A DNA stretch of 32,000 bases from Thermodesulfobacterium commune DSM 2178 (GTDB lineage: Bacteria > Desulfobacterota > Thermodesulfobacteria > Thermodesulfobacteriales > Thermodesulfobacteriaceae). Numbering within the stretch: position 1 is the first letter of the stretch; every line of letters begins with the position of its first letter. The notes beneath the pieces are model-generated. The model was not told the DNA's origin. It did not search any database and saw only the letters and a program-made list of their open reading frames with translations. Made by a program: the position numbers and the translations under genes. Location: positions 390,001 to 422,000 of the forward strand of contig NZ_CP008796.1 in assembly GCF_000734015.1 (NCBI RefSeq), read 5' to 3'. Positions 8,034 to 16,363 of this stretch are shown here, piece by piece.

Positions 8034-8782
8034 ATGACCTACCTTATTGCTTGTATAATTACGTTTATTTTTACGACAGTGCTTACGATAGCCGGGGTAG
8101 GGGCTGCGTTTATTCTTATTCCAGTTTTTGTGGGTTTAGGGGTGCCTCTTCTTACTGCCATGTCAACAGCTTTACTTTTAAACAGTATAGCTATGGCTAT
8201 TGCTTCTTCTTATAATGCAAGGTCGGGGCTAATTGTTTATATAAAATAGCCCTGCCTATTTTAGTATTTGCTTCGGTGTTTTCTCCAGTTGGTGCTATCA
8301 CAGCAGAACATCTTTCAAGAACCCTGCTTTTATGGCTTTTTGTTGGTTTTCTAATTTTTGCAGGGTCTATGATGCTTTGGTATAAACCCAAAAAAAAGGG
8401 AGATTTCAGATAGTAAAAAGCTTATTATTTATGGAGTTGCGGTTGGTGGATTTGCGGGTTATATAGGAGGGCTTTTGGGAGTAGGTGGAGGGAATCTTAT
8501 AGTTCCAGCTCTTGTTTGGCTTGGTATTGACCCTAAAAAGCCTCAGCCACCACCAGTTTTATCGTAATTTTTTCTTCTTTTTCAGGATTTTTAGGGCATA
8601 TTTCTGTGGGGAACATAGACCCTTATCTTCTTGTTTTATGCATTATAGGTTCAATAGCTGGTGCATTGCTTGGAAACTATCTTATGAGAAAAAGGTTAAC
8701 TGCTCCTCAGGTTAAAAAAGTTATAGGAATAGTATTGTATATCATCGCAGTTAAGATGCTTTGGGATTTATTGGTTAAGTAA
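8034..8782 (+). pseudogene. TauE/SafE (DUF81) family anion exporter, broken by three frameshifts
   Basis: Four frame segments read in series. They are MTYLIACIITFIFTTVLTIAGVGAAFILIPVFV...; ALPILVFASVFSPVGAITAEHLSRTLLLWLFVGFLIFAGSMMLW; LIIYGVAVGGFAGYIGGLLGVGGGNLIVPALVWLG; and ASATTSFIVIFSSFSGFLGHISVGNIDPYLLVLCIIGSIAGALLGNYLM...KMLWDLLVK. The shifts occur at A-runs 8243-8246, 8390-8397 (A8) and 8535-8539. Confidence 0.75.
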
Positions 8783-8817
8783 AACCTTACATAAAAATAG
8801 CTTTTGGAGGATAAAGT

Positions 8818-9896
8818 ATGAGTTCCAGAAAAAATTTAGGTATTTTAGAACGATTTCTTACTTTGTGGATCTTTTTAGCTATGATTTTAGGAATAGGGTT
8901 AGGTTATATATATCCAGAAATAGCTTATACCATCAGTTCATTAAGCATTGGAACGACCTCTCTTCCAATAGCTATAGGACTTATCCTTATGATGTATCCT
9001 CCTCTTGCTAAGGTTAAATACGAGGAAATGGGGAAAGTTTTTAAGAATAAAAAACTTCTTGTTCTTTCTTTGATCCAAAACTGGATTGTTGGGCCTATCG
9101 TTATGTGGATACTTGCTGTTTTGTTGCTTCACGATTATCCTGGTTATATGATAGGAGTGATTTTGGTAGGGCTTGCAAGATGTATAGCTATGGTAATAGT
9201 TTGGAATGAGTTGGCAGAAGGAGATAAAGAACTTGCTGTAGGATTAGTAGCTTTTAATGCTATATTTCAAATTCTTTTTTATGCTGCTTATATTTATCTT
9301 TTTATAACAGTTGGACTTAAATGGTTAGAGTTTGGTATAATAGAAGCGGAGGTTTCAATTCCAGAGGCAGCAAAAACTGTTTTTATTTAGGGATTCCTTT
9401 CATAGCAGGAATTCTTACTCGTTATGTTAGCTTTGTTTTAAAAGGAAGAGAATGGTTTGAAAAAGTGTTGGCACCTAAAATAAGTTATCTAACCCCGATT
9501 GCCTTGTTATTCACCATAGTTGTGATGTTTTCTTTAAAAGGGCAGTATATAGTTGAACTACCTTTACATGTTATAAGGGTGGCTATTCCCCTTTGTATTT
9601 ATTTTCTCTTTATGTGGTTTGTAACTTTTTTAATGGCTTTTAAACTAAAGGTCGGTTATCCTAAAGCAACTGCTGTTGCTTTTACTGCAGCAAGTAACGA
9701 CTTTGAACTTGCGATTGCGGTGGCAGTAGCCATATGGGGGATAGGGAGTGAACAAGCTTTTGCTACCGTTATAGGACCTTTATTAGAAGTTCCGATCTTA
9801 ATTAGTTTAGTTAACGTAGCCTTATTCTTAAAAAGAAAAATATATAAAGAGTTAGAAACAAAAATTAGCCTTATTGTTAAGAATAAAAATACTTAG
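8818..9896 (+). pseudogene. acr3: ACR3-family arsenite efflux permease, split by one frameshift
   Basis: The N-part (8818-9390) contains ...[21 protein letters not shown]...[12 protein letters not shown]...[13 protein letters not shown]. The C-part in the next frame contains [13 protein letters not shown]...[16 protein letters not shown]...[10 protein letters not shown]. The junction ...KTVF(I)/YLGIPF falls at T5 run 9380-9384, consistent with a 1-nt deletion. Confidence 0.8.
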
Positions 9897-9955
9897 AAAC
9901 TTAAAAACAAAAGTTAAAATTTTATAAATAATTTTTTATAAACCTTGCTATAACA

Positions 9956-10271
9956 AGTTTTATAGTTTTAGTAGGCATAAAGATTACCATAAGGCCTATG
10001 TGAAACAGGGGTTATTTTTGAAAACCTATCGTTTATTATAGATTCTAAGTTTTCATCCATGTCGGCACAGTATTCTGTTAAAATTGTTTTAAGATATGTT
10101 AGATCCTCTTCGTTTATAGGAGAAATTTTAAGGTTTTTCCCAAGAAAAAACGGGTCTAATTCACCTCTTATGTAGATAACTCCTCCATGCATTCCTGTGC
10201 CTAAAAATTTTCCGGTTATAGGTTTTTCTGGATGTTGAGAGAATAAGCCTAATACGATGATAGTTCCTCCT
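9956..10271. repeat. Direct repeat copy A (316 bp, identical to 12078-12393)
   Basis: Base-by-base comparison with 12078-12393 (offset 2122 bp) found no mismatch. Confidence 0.9.
9968..10271 (-). pseudogene. Orphan 3' fragment (last ~100 codons) of the glutamate synthase GXGXG-domain gene
   Basis: The translation GGTIIVLGLFSQHPEKPITGKFLGTGMHGGVIYIRGELDPFFLGK...HRPYGNLYAY is identical to the C-terminus of ORF 12090-12833. The 5' part of the gene is missing here. Confidence 0.85.
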
Positions 10272-10275
10272 CTTT

Positions 10276-11697
10276 TTACTTTTCGTTTTTCTTTGTATAT
10301 AAGTTTCCTCTCTTCATGGATACTACAACCCCTGCTATAGATAGAACTGCAAATACAGAAAAGCTTATTTTTATGCTCTTCAGGATTGTAAAATAATTTT
10401 CAGAAGGAAGTTTTGCACCTTTTAAGTATAAAGAGAATATAAAAGAGACGATTGCCATTGAAAAAGCCTGGCCCATTACTCTCATGACGGATATTGTGGA
10501 TGATGCTGCACCGTAAAGGGACGGTGGTACACAGCTCATTACAACATTTGTATTGGGTGATGAAAAAAGTCCAAACCCCACACCCATAACAATTAAGTTT
10601 ATTATAACAATAGCTATGTTGGTTTTATCTGAAAATAAAGAAAATACAAAAAGGCCCGCTGTGGTAAGAAGCATTCCTGCAGTTGCCAGTTTCCATGGTT
10701 CAATCTTTTCTGAAGCCCTTCCAGAAATTAGTGATGTTATAACCTGAGAGATTGGTTGCACAATCAAAATACTTCCGACAAGCTGTGCAGGCAGCGCTTT
10801 TACAATTTGAAGATACAACGAAAGAAGGTACGATGCAGAAAATGTACAGCTGTAGTTTATAAGTGCTGCCAAGTTAGAAAAACCAAACTGTGGAATTTTT
10901 ACAAACAACTTTACGTCAAGTAAAGGATTTTGATTATAAACCTCGAATATTACAAAAAGTAAAAGAAGAATAAAACCTAGGAAAAACACCAATTTTGGGA
11001 TTTTGCCAAGCTCAAAAGTCGATGCACCATAAATTAGCAAAAAAAGTCCTGCTATGGACAGAATTGTTCCAGTTTTATCAATATTTCTAAAGCTTTCTGA
11101 AAGAGAAGTATTTTGTCCTAATTTGATTTCCTTTTTTACTAAAAAAAGGCTTATAAATGAGGCCACAAAACCTATCAAAAACGAGAATATAAATATGCTT
11201 TTGTAGCCAAAAAAGCGTACCAAAATTCCACCTAAAAGAGGTCCTGTTGATATTCCAAGATAAACTGTTGCTGCGTTTATTCCAAGGAGTCTGCCTCTTA
11301 TTTTTGGTGAATGATTTTCAATCAAAATTGCAATTGACGTAACAAAGAGAAAGGCAGCAAAAAAACCTTGCAGTGCCCGGAATATAAAAAGTACAAGTAT
11401 GTTTGGTGCTATAGCACACATTAGGGTTGAAATAGTAAACAAAATAAGACCCGTTATGAAAATCTTTGCACGGTCAAATGTGTCAGAAAGTTTCCCTATT
11501 GGTAAAATAAATGCAGCCGAAAAAAGCAAAAAGATAGTTATAACAAGATTCAAGTTTTCGGCAGTCAGATTAAATTTTCTGGCAATATCAGGTGCAGCGA
11601 TATTAACTGCGCTTGACATAAAAGGTACTAAAAATGAAGAAGTTGTCGTAGCAAAGAGGATATTTTTGTTAATCCTTTGTTCATCTTTGTACTCCAT
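10276..11697 (-). CDS. MFS transporter (multi-TMS drug:H+ antiporter-like, DHA2/EmrB-QacA type)
   Basis: 473 aa and hydrophobic throughout. MFS-type motifs include ...LPIGKLSDTFDRAKIF... (motif A-like G-x-L-x-D-x-x-x-R-[RK]) and ...FRALQGFFAAFLF.... The length and number of hydrophobic segments fit a 14-TMS type. Confidence 0.8.
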   Translation of the reverse strand: MEYKDEQRINKNILFATTTSSFLVPFMSSAVNIAAPDIARKFNLTAENLNLVITIFLLFSAAFILPIGKLSDTFDRAKIFITGLILFTISTLMCAIAPNILVLFIFRALQGFFAAFLFVTSIAILIENHSPKIRGRLLGINAATVYLGISTGPLLGGILVRFFGYKSIFIFSFLIGFVASFISLFLVKKEIKLGQNTSLSESFRNIDKTGTILSIAGLFLLIYGASTFELGKIPKLVFFLGFILLLLFVIFEVYNQNPLLDVKLFVKIPQFGFSNLAALINYSCTFSASYLLSLYLQIVKALPAQLVGSILIVQPISQVITSLISGRASEKIEPWKLATAGMLLTTAGLFVFSLFSDKTNIAIVIINLIVMGVGFGLFSSPNTNVVMSCVPPSLYGAASSTISVMRVMGQAFSMAIVSFIFSLYLKGAKLPSENYFTILKSIKISFSVFAVLSIAGVVVSMKRGNLYTKKNEK

Positions 11698-12077
11698 GCT
11701 GCTGATACCACCTCTTTTGTGCTGTGATATAACCTTACAATTTATAGGCTATATGATATCACTTTTTCATCAAAATATATATCTTGAAAATTAATAAATT
11801 TATTATTTTTCAATCTTTGATGTCGTGTTTTATGTAATTATGTCTAATACCTGATTTTAAAGGGTGATGGAGGTTTTTCCCTTTTGGTAAAGATAATAAA
11901 TTAACATTGAAATTAAAAAGAAGGAAGTTTGCTTGGGTTTAAAAAATCAATGTTTAATTTTAGAAGGGATACTTCTTCCTGCACAGGACTAACCACTTAA
12001 ATAAAATATACATAGAAGAAATAAAATTTGAAAAACAAAAATTAATTTTGAATAAATCTTGCTTTCACAAGCTGTAT

Positions 12078-12393
12078 AGTTTTATAGTTTTAGTAGGCAT
12101 AAAGATTACCATAAGGCCTATGTGAAACAGGGGTTATTTTTGAAAACCTATCGTTTATTATAGATTCTAAGTTTTCATCCATGTCGGCACAGTATTCTGT
12201 TAAAATTGTTTTAAGATATGTTAGATCCTCTTCGTTTATAGGAGAAATTTTAAGGTTTTTCCCAAGAAAAAACGGGTCTAATTCACCTCTTATGTAGATA
12301 ACTCCTCCATGCATTCCTGTGCCTAAAAATTTTCCGGTTATAGGTTTTTCTGGATGTTGAGAGAATAAGCCTAATACGATGATAGTTCCTCCT
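12078..12393. repeat. Direct repeat copy B (316 bp, identical to 9956-10271)
   Basis: See copy A. It covers 12 bp downstream of the stop plus the 3' end of the intact gene 12090-12833. Confidence 0.9.
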
Positions 12394-12833
12394 GCCATGT
12401 ATTCACCCAAAAAATCTCCTGTTTTTCCACCTATGACGATTACAGGATGTTTATCTTGATAGGCTTTCATGTGAATTCCTACTCGATAACCAACATCTCC
12501 TTTGATGAAAATTTTCCCACCTCTCATACTATAACCTATAACATCTCCTGCCATACCATATACAACAATTTTACCTTCTTCCATGGTATTACCACAGGCA
12601 TCTTGAACGTTACCATAAACGTATATGTCAGGTCCACTCATAAAACAACCTAAATCAAGTCCCGGGACACCCAAAATTTTAGCCTTGATTTTTTGTTTTA
12701 TACCTGCAAACAAATATCTATGGCCATTTACTCTATGTAGTTCAAATTCTGTTTCTCCTTCTGATATTTTTTCACGTATATATTGATTAACTTTGGTATA
12801 ACTCCAATTTTCCACGTTTAAAATAACGCTCAT
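12090..12833 (-). CDS. Glutamate synthase GXGXG-domain subunit (GltB C-terminal domain homologue)
   Basis: 247 aa. Repeated G-x-G-x-G beta-helix strings: ...YVYGNVQDACGNTMEEGKIVVYGMAGDVIGYSMRGGKIFIKGDVGYRVG...VIGGKTGDFLGEYMAGGTIIVLG.... It is the last gene of the three-gene set. Confidence 0.85.
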   Translation of the reverse strand: MSVILNVENWSYTKVNQYIREKISEGETEFELHRVNGHRYLFAGIKQKIKAKILGVPGLDLGCFMSGPDIYVYGNVQDACGNTMEEGKIVVYGMAGDVIGYSMRGGKIFIKGDVGYRVGIHMKAYQDKHPVIVIGGKTGDFLGEYMAGGTIIVLGLFSQHPEKPITGKFLGTGMHGGVIYIRGELDPFFLGKNLKISPINEEDLTYLKTILTEYCADMDENLESIINDRFSKITPVSHRPYGNLYAY

Positions 12834-12858
12834 TCAGGACTTCCTCCTACTTTAAGTT

Positions 12859-13974
12859 TTAGGCATAACTTTTTTGATTAGGGATAGTACCCATTGGCAT
12901 TTCTATGATTACAGGTTCTCCAGCCTTAGGATACCATATTAACTCTGGATTAGGGCAGATAGTTCTTATGGCAGCTTCTTCGCTTGCTAAGTAATAAAAG
13001 TCTTCAAATTTAGCTACTACTAAAGGTCTAAGTTTAACTCTATCTGTTAGTCCTACTATTCCGCCATTATATGCAAAAATAATAGCAAAAGGTCCATTTA
13101 ACAGAGCCCCTCCATAAACTATCCTTAAAGCTTCGAGTAAATTTTTTTCCTCTTCCTCTAATCGTTCTATCTCCATCCAAAAAGGTGGTGCTAAAGCAGT
13201 GCATGCTAACTTGATAGGCAGTTTATGTCTTCTTATAAGCAAATCTAAAAGATAGGTTACTACCTCAGTATCGGTAAGCAAAGTACATTTATATCCAAAC
13301 AGTTCTAAGTATCTTTTGTTTGTCCCATAGCTTGAGATTTCCCCGTTATGAACGATTGACCAGTCAAGAAGACTGAATGGATGTGCTCCTCCCCACCAAC
13401 CAGGAGTGTTTGTGGGAAAACGATTATGAGCGGTCCATATGTAGGCTTGATATTCATCTATTTTAAAAAATTCTGCTATTTCTTCAGGAAACCCTACACC
13501 TTTGAAAACACCCATATTTTTACCAGAAGAAAGTATATACACACCATTTAGGTTAGCGTTGATATACATTACCATTTCTATTAATTTGTTTTCCTCTTCT
13601 TCTGTTGGAAGTTGTTCTTCCAGTTCAAGTTTAACAAAGTATCTTTTAAAAATAGGAGGATTTTTTATAGTTTTTACTTTTCTAGTAGGAATAGGTTCAT
13701 GATATATAGCTTTGACTTGTTGAAAAAGAAACCTTTCAAATCTTTCTAAAGAATTTTTATCTTCAGCCATTACATGTAGGGCGTAAAATTCTTTAAAATC
13801 AGGATAGATACCATAACCAGCAAACCCTGCTCCAAGACCATTTCCTCTTTCTTCTTGGCAGGTTATAGATTTTATTATTAGGTCTCCTGGAATTAAACTA
13901 CCTTTAACATTTATTATCCCAGACACTCCACAACCAGAGATATCCTTATTATCTTTAAAAATAAATTCCCACAT
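12859..13974 (-). CDS. Glutamate synthase glutamine amidotransferase subunit (class II / Ntn GATase, GltB N-terminal domain homologue)
   Basis: 371 aa. ...DISGCGVSGIIN... is the candidate catalytic Cys after a 14-residue leader. Other motifs are ...HNRFPTNTPGWWGGAHPF... and ...IVHNGEISSYG.... Confidence 0.85.
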   Translation of the reverse strand: MWEFIFKDNKDISGCGVSGIINVKGSLIPGDLIIKSITCQEERGNGLGAGFAGYGIYPDFKEFYALHVMAEDKNSLERFERFLFQQVKAIYHEPIPTRKVKTIKNPPIFKRYFVKLELEEQLPTEEEENKLIEMVMYINANLNGVYILSSGKNMGVFKGVGFPEEIAEFFKIDEYQAYIWTAHNRFPTNTPGWWGGAHPFSLLDWSIVHNGEISSYGTNKRYLELFGYKCTLLTDTEVVTYLLDLLIRRHKLPIKLACTALAPPFWMEIERLEEEEKNLLEALRIVYGGALLNGPFAIIFAYNGGIVGLTDRVKLRPLVVAKFEDFYYLASEEAAIRTICPNPELIWYPKAGEPVIIEMPMGTIPNQKSYA

Positions 13975-13994
13975 TCCTAAACCCCTTTCTTCTT

Positions 13995-15518
13995 TTATTC
14001 TCCTGCATGTTTTACTTCAAGGATTTCCATTTCTTCTTTAGTTAACCCTATAGCCCTCAATTTGTCTCGATTGCTTCTTAAACTTTCTATCGAATTTAAT
14101 CCCATAGCTCCAAGCATTTCTTTGATTTCGCTTCTCCATGCATTCATAAGGTTATATACCTTCTCGTAGACTACTTCTGGTGGAAGCCTTTTGATAAGCT
14201 CAGGATTATTGGTAGCTATACCCCAAGGACATTTTCCTGTATAACATCTTTGACAGAGGGTACATCCTACGGCAATCAGAAGAGGGGTTCCTATCGCTAC
14301 CACGTCTGCACCTAAGGCGATGGCTTTCACCACATCAGCACTACAACGGATACCTCCAGAGGCGATTAACGTGGTTTTATGTCTGATACCTTCTTCTCTT
14401 AATCGTTTATCTACAGCGGAAATAGCAAGTTCTATAGGGATTCCTACATATTGCCTAAACATAGTCGGAGCAGCACCGGTACCTCCTCTTATACCATCTA
14501 TAACTACCGCATCGGCTCCAGCCCTTACTATCCCAGAAGCAATAGCTGCTATGTTATGTACTGCAGCTACTTTTACAAACACCGGCTTCTTATACTCAGT
14601 AGCCTCCTTTAAGGCATATATAAGGCCTCTCAAATCCTCTATTGAATAAATGTCATGATGTGGGGCTGGGGATAGAGCATCAGTCCCTAAAGGTATCATC
14701 CTGGTTTTAGAGATTTCTTTGTTAACCTTTTCTCCTGGAAGATGTCCCCCTATACCAGGTTTGGCTCCCTGACCTATTTTGATTTCAATGGCTACTCCAG
14801 CATTAAGATAATCTACATTTACCCCAAACCTTCCAGAAGCACACTGGACTATTGTATGGTCTTTGTATTCATACAAAGAAGGATGCAAACCTCCTTCACC
14901 GGTGTTGTAAAGAATTCCTAACTCTTTAGCTGCACGCGCCAGTCCTTGATGAATATGAAGACTTATAGATCCATAAGACATTCCAGAAAATATTATAGGC
15001 ATTTCTAACTTTATTAAAGGAGGTAAAGCTTTTTTTAGCTTATATCCTGTTTCTGTTTTTTCTACCTCTAATTTTTCGGGTTTTGACCCTATATAGGTAC
15101 GAAGTTCCATAGGTTCTCTTAAAGGGTCTATGGGTGGGTTGGTAACTTGACATGCATCGATGACAAGATGATCAAAATATATCTTTAAAGGTAAATCACA
15201 TCCGGTAGAAGAGAGTAAAACACCACCTTTGTCTGCTTGTTTGTATATGTTTTTTATAAAATAAGGATTCCATAGATGATGTTCTCTAAATTGAGAAGGA
15301 TGTCTTTTAATTATGATAGCATCAGTTGGACACATAGCTTCACATCTATGACATCCTACACATTTACCATGGTCTTCTTTGAGAATTTTCTTTTTTTCAT
15401 CCCAGGTATGCACCTCATAGGTGCACTCTTTAACACAGATTTTACATTTTATACATTTGTTTTCTAAGCGTTCTACAAAAAAATCCGGATAAAAACTTGA
15501 AAAGTTAATCGGCTTCAT
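13995..15518 (-). CDS. gltB: Glutamate synthase FMN/Fe-S domain subunit with an N-terminal 2x[4Fe-4S] ferredoxin domain (archaeal-type GltB)
   Basis: 507 aa. CIKCKICVKEC...CVGCHRCEAMCP are two ferredoxin Cys clusters. Further motifs are ...IKIGQGAKPGIGGHLPG..., ...SPAPHHDIYSIEDL..., ...VVIDGIRGGTGAAP... and ...ASGGIR.... Confidence 0.9.
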   Translation of the reverse strand: MKPINFSSFYPDFFVERLENKCIKCKICVKECTYEVHTWDEKKKILKEDHGKCVGCHRCEAMCPTDAIIIKRHPSQFREHHLWNPYFIKNIYKQADKGGVLLSSTGCDLPLKIYFDHLVIDACQVTNPPIDPLREPMELRTYIGSKPEKLEVEKTETGYKLKKALPPLIKLEMPIIFSGMSYGSISLHIHQGLARAAKELGILYNTGEGGLHPSLYEYKDHTIVQCASGRFGVNVDYLNAGVAIEIKIGQGAKPGIGGHLPGEKVNKEISKTRMIPLGTDALSPAPHHDIYSIEDLRGLIYALKEATEYKKPVFVKVAAVHNIAAIASGIVRAGADAVVIDGIRGGTGAAPTMFRQYVGIPIELAISAVDKRLREEGIRHKTTLIASGGIRCSADVVKAIALGADVVAIGTPLLIAVGCTLCQRCYTGKCPWGIATNNPELIKRLPPEVVYEKVYNLMNAWRSEIKEMLGAMGLNSIESLRSNRDKLRAIGLTKEEMEILEVKHAGE

Positions 15519-15562
15519 TTTTCACCCTTTTTATAAAAACTTTTTAAAGCTTCAAAAATATA

Positions 15563-15578
15563 ATCAAAAAGCATACCC
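15563..15578 (-). promoter_or_regulatory. Possible sigma-54 promoter for the glutamate synthase genes (imperfect -12)
   Basis: Reverse strand reads GGGTATGCTTTTTGAT, i.e. GG-N10-GA (TTGA instead of TTGC). It closely resembles the 5253 element TGGTATAGTTTTTGCA and ends 44 nt upstream of the 15518 start. Confidence 0.35.
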
Positions 15579-15638
15579 AATTTTTAGCGCTTTATAACGC
15601 CATGTCTTTAACCTAAATCTACATATATATACAATTTT

Positions 15639-16361
15639 TTACAATTTTGTTAATTTTTGTTGAAAGTTAAGACCTAAAAAACCAAAAATGTCTCTTGGAT
15701 ATATTTTTTTATTTTTAAAAATTACTAGTCTTTCTACTAAATTTTGGATTTCTAATATGTTATCAGGCCAAGGATATTCTTTTAATATTTCTATGGTTGA
15801 AGGATGAAAGGAAATTTTCTTGTTGTATATACGGTTAAATTTATTTAAAAAATGAGATAAAAGAACAGGAATATCATCTTTTCTTTCTCTTAAAGGTAGA
15901 ACCTGAAAGATATAAAAGTAAGTTTTAATTGGGTCTGACTGAATTTCTGAAGTAGAAGATGAAGCTATTATTTTTAATTGAGAGTTATATAAAATAAATT
16001 TAAGCAAATTCCTTAAAAGTTCTTCTGGAAAGGCCTCTAAGTGTTTTAAAAAGATAGTTCCATTTTGATTTTGCAGAAGATAAAACTCTTTAAGTATTTC
16101 TTCTTTATAAAAACATTCTAAACAGTCTAAATAAAAGAAAGGATGGTTTTTATTTGCTGAATGGTGGACTAATTTAGCTATAGAAGATTTTCCAACTCCT
16201 CTTTCTCCCCACAAAAGAAAGGGAATTTTAGAAGCATACAGTTTTTCCAGTTTACCCAATATCGTATTCAAATAAGGAAGGTCGATAAATTCCTTAAGAA
16301 CAACTTTAACAGGTTTAATTTTAAAAAGCCCCCGAGAAGGGGGCTTTTTAAAATCATTCAT
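15639..16361 (-). CDS. Degenerate sigma-54-activator-like AAA+ protein (no GAFTGA loop, no Walker B acidic pair, no receiver/GAF domain, no HTH)
   Basis: 240 aa. Walker A GERGVGKS is retained, as are the C-terminal bEBP blocks LPLRERKDDIPVLLSHFL and YPWPDNILEIQNLVERL. Where bEBPs have ...ELFGxxxGAFTGA...GTLFLDEI... this protein has a ~20-residue shorter segment ending GTIFLKHLE. FREDLYYR is replaced by IKTYFYIF. Confidence 0.7.
   Translation of the reverse strand: MNDFKKPPSRGLFKIKPVKVVLKEFIDLPYLNTILGKLEKLYASKIPFLLWGERGVGKSSIAKLVHHSANKNHPFFYLDCLECFYKEEILKEFYLLQNQNGTIFLKHLEAFPEELLRNLLKFILYNSQLKIIASSSTSEIQSDPIKTYFYIFQVLPLRERKDDIPVLLSHFLNKFNRIYNKKISFHPSTIEILKEYPWPDNILEIQNLVERLVIFKNKKIYPRDIFGFLGLNFQQKLTKL
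16323..16349 (-). terminator. Rho-independent (bidirectional-type) terminator just after glnA
   Basis: Minus-strand RNA reads AAAAAGCCCCC-UUCUC-GGGGGCUUUUU followed by AAAAUU. The GC core stem is 16328-16333/16339-16344. It lies inside codons 5-13 of ORF 15639-16361. Confidence 0.7.
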
Positions 16362-16363
16362 CT

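Noticed and set aside
8027-8215. 62-aa ORF, plus 8197-8391(-), 8512-8715(+) and 8941-9132(-)
   Set aside because: These are off-frame or antisense artefacts of the frameshifted TauE/SafE and ACR3 genes. The biologically sensible frames are the ones stitched together in the pseudogene calls.
9897-12089. Searched the flanks of the MFS cassette for IS inverted repeats, transposase/integrase remnants, attC-like sites or tRNA-linked att sites
   Set aside because: None was found. The only structure is the 316-bp direct repeat, plus an 8-bp local duplication (tatagttt) at 12075-12090, so no mobile_element feature was called.
15587-15602. TGGCGTTATAAAGCGC (reverse strand) as a sigma-54 promoter for the glutamate synthase genes
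   Set aside because: GG-to-GC spacing is 9 or 11 nt, not 10. The nearby 15563-15578 element is a better, though still imperfect, candidate.
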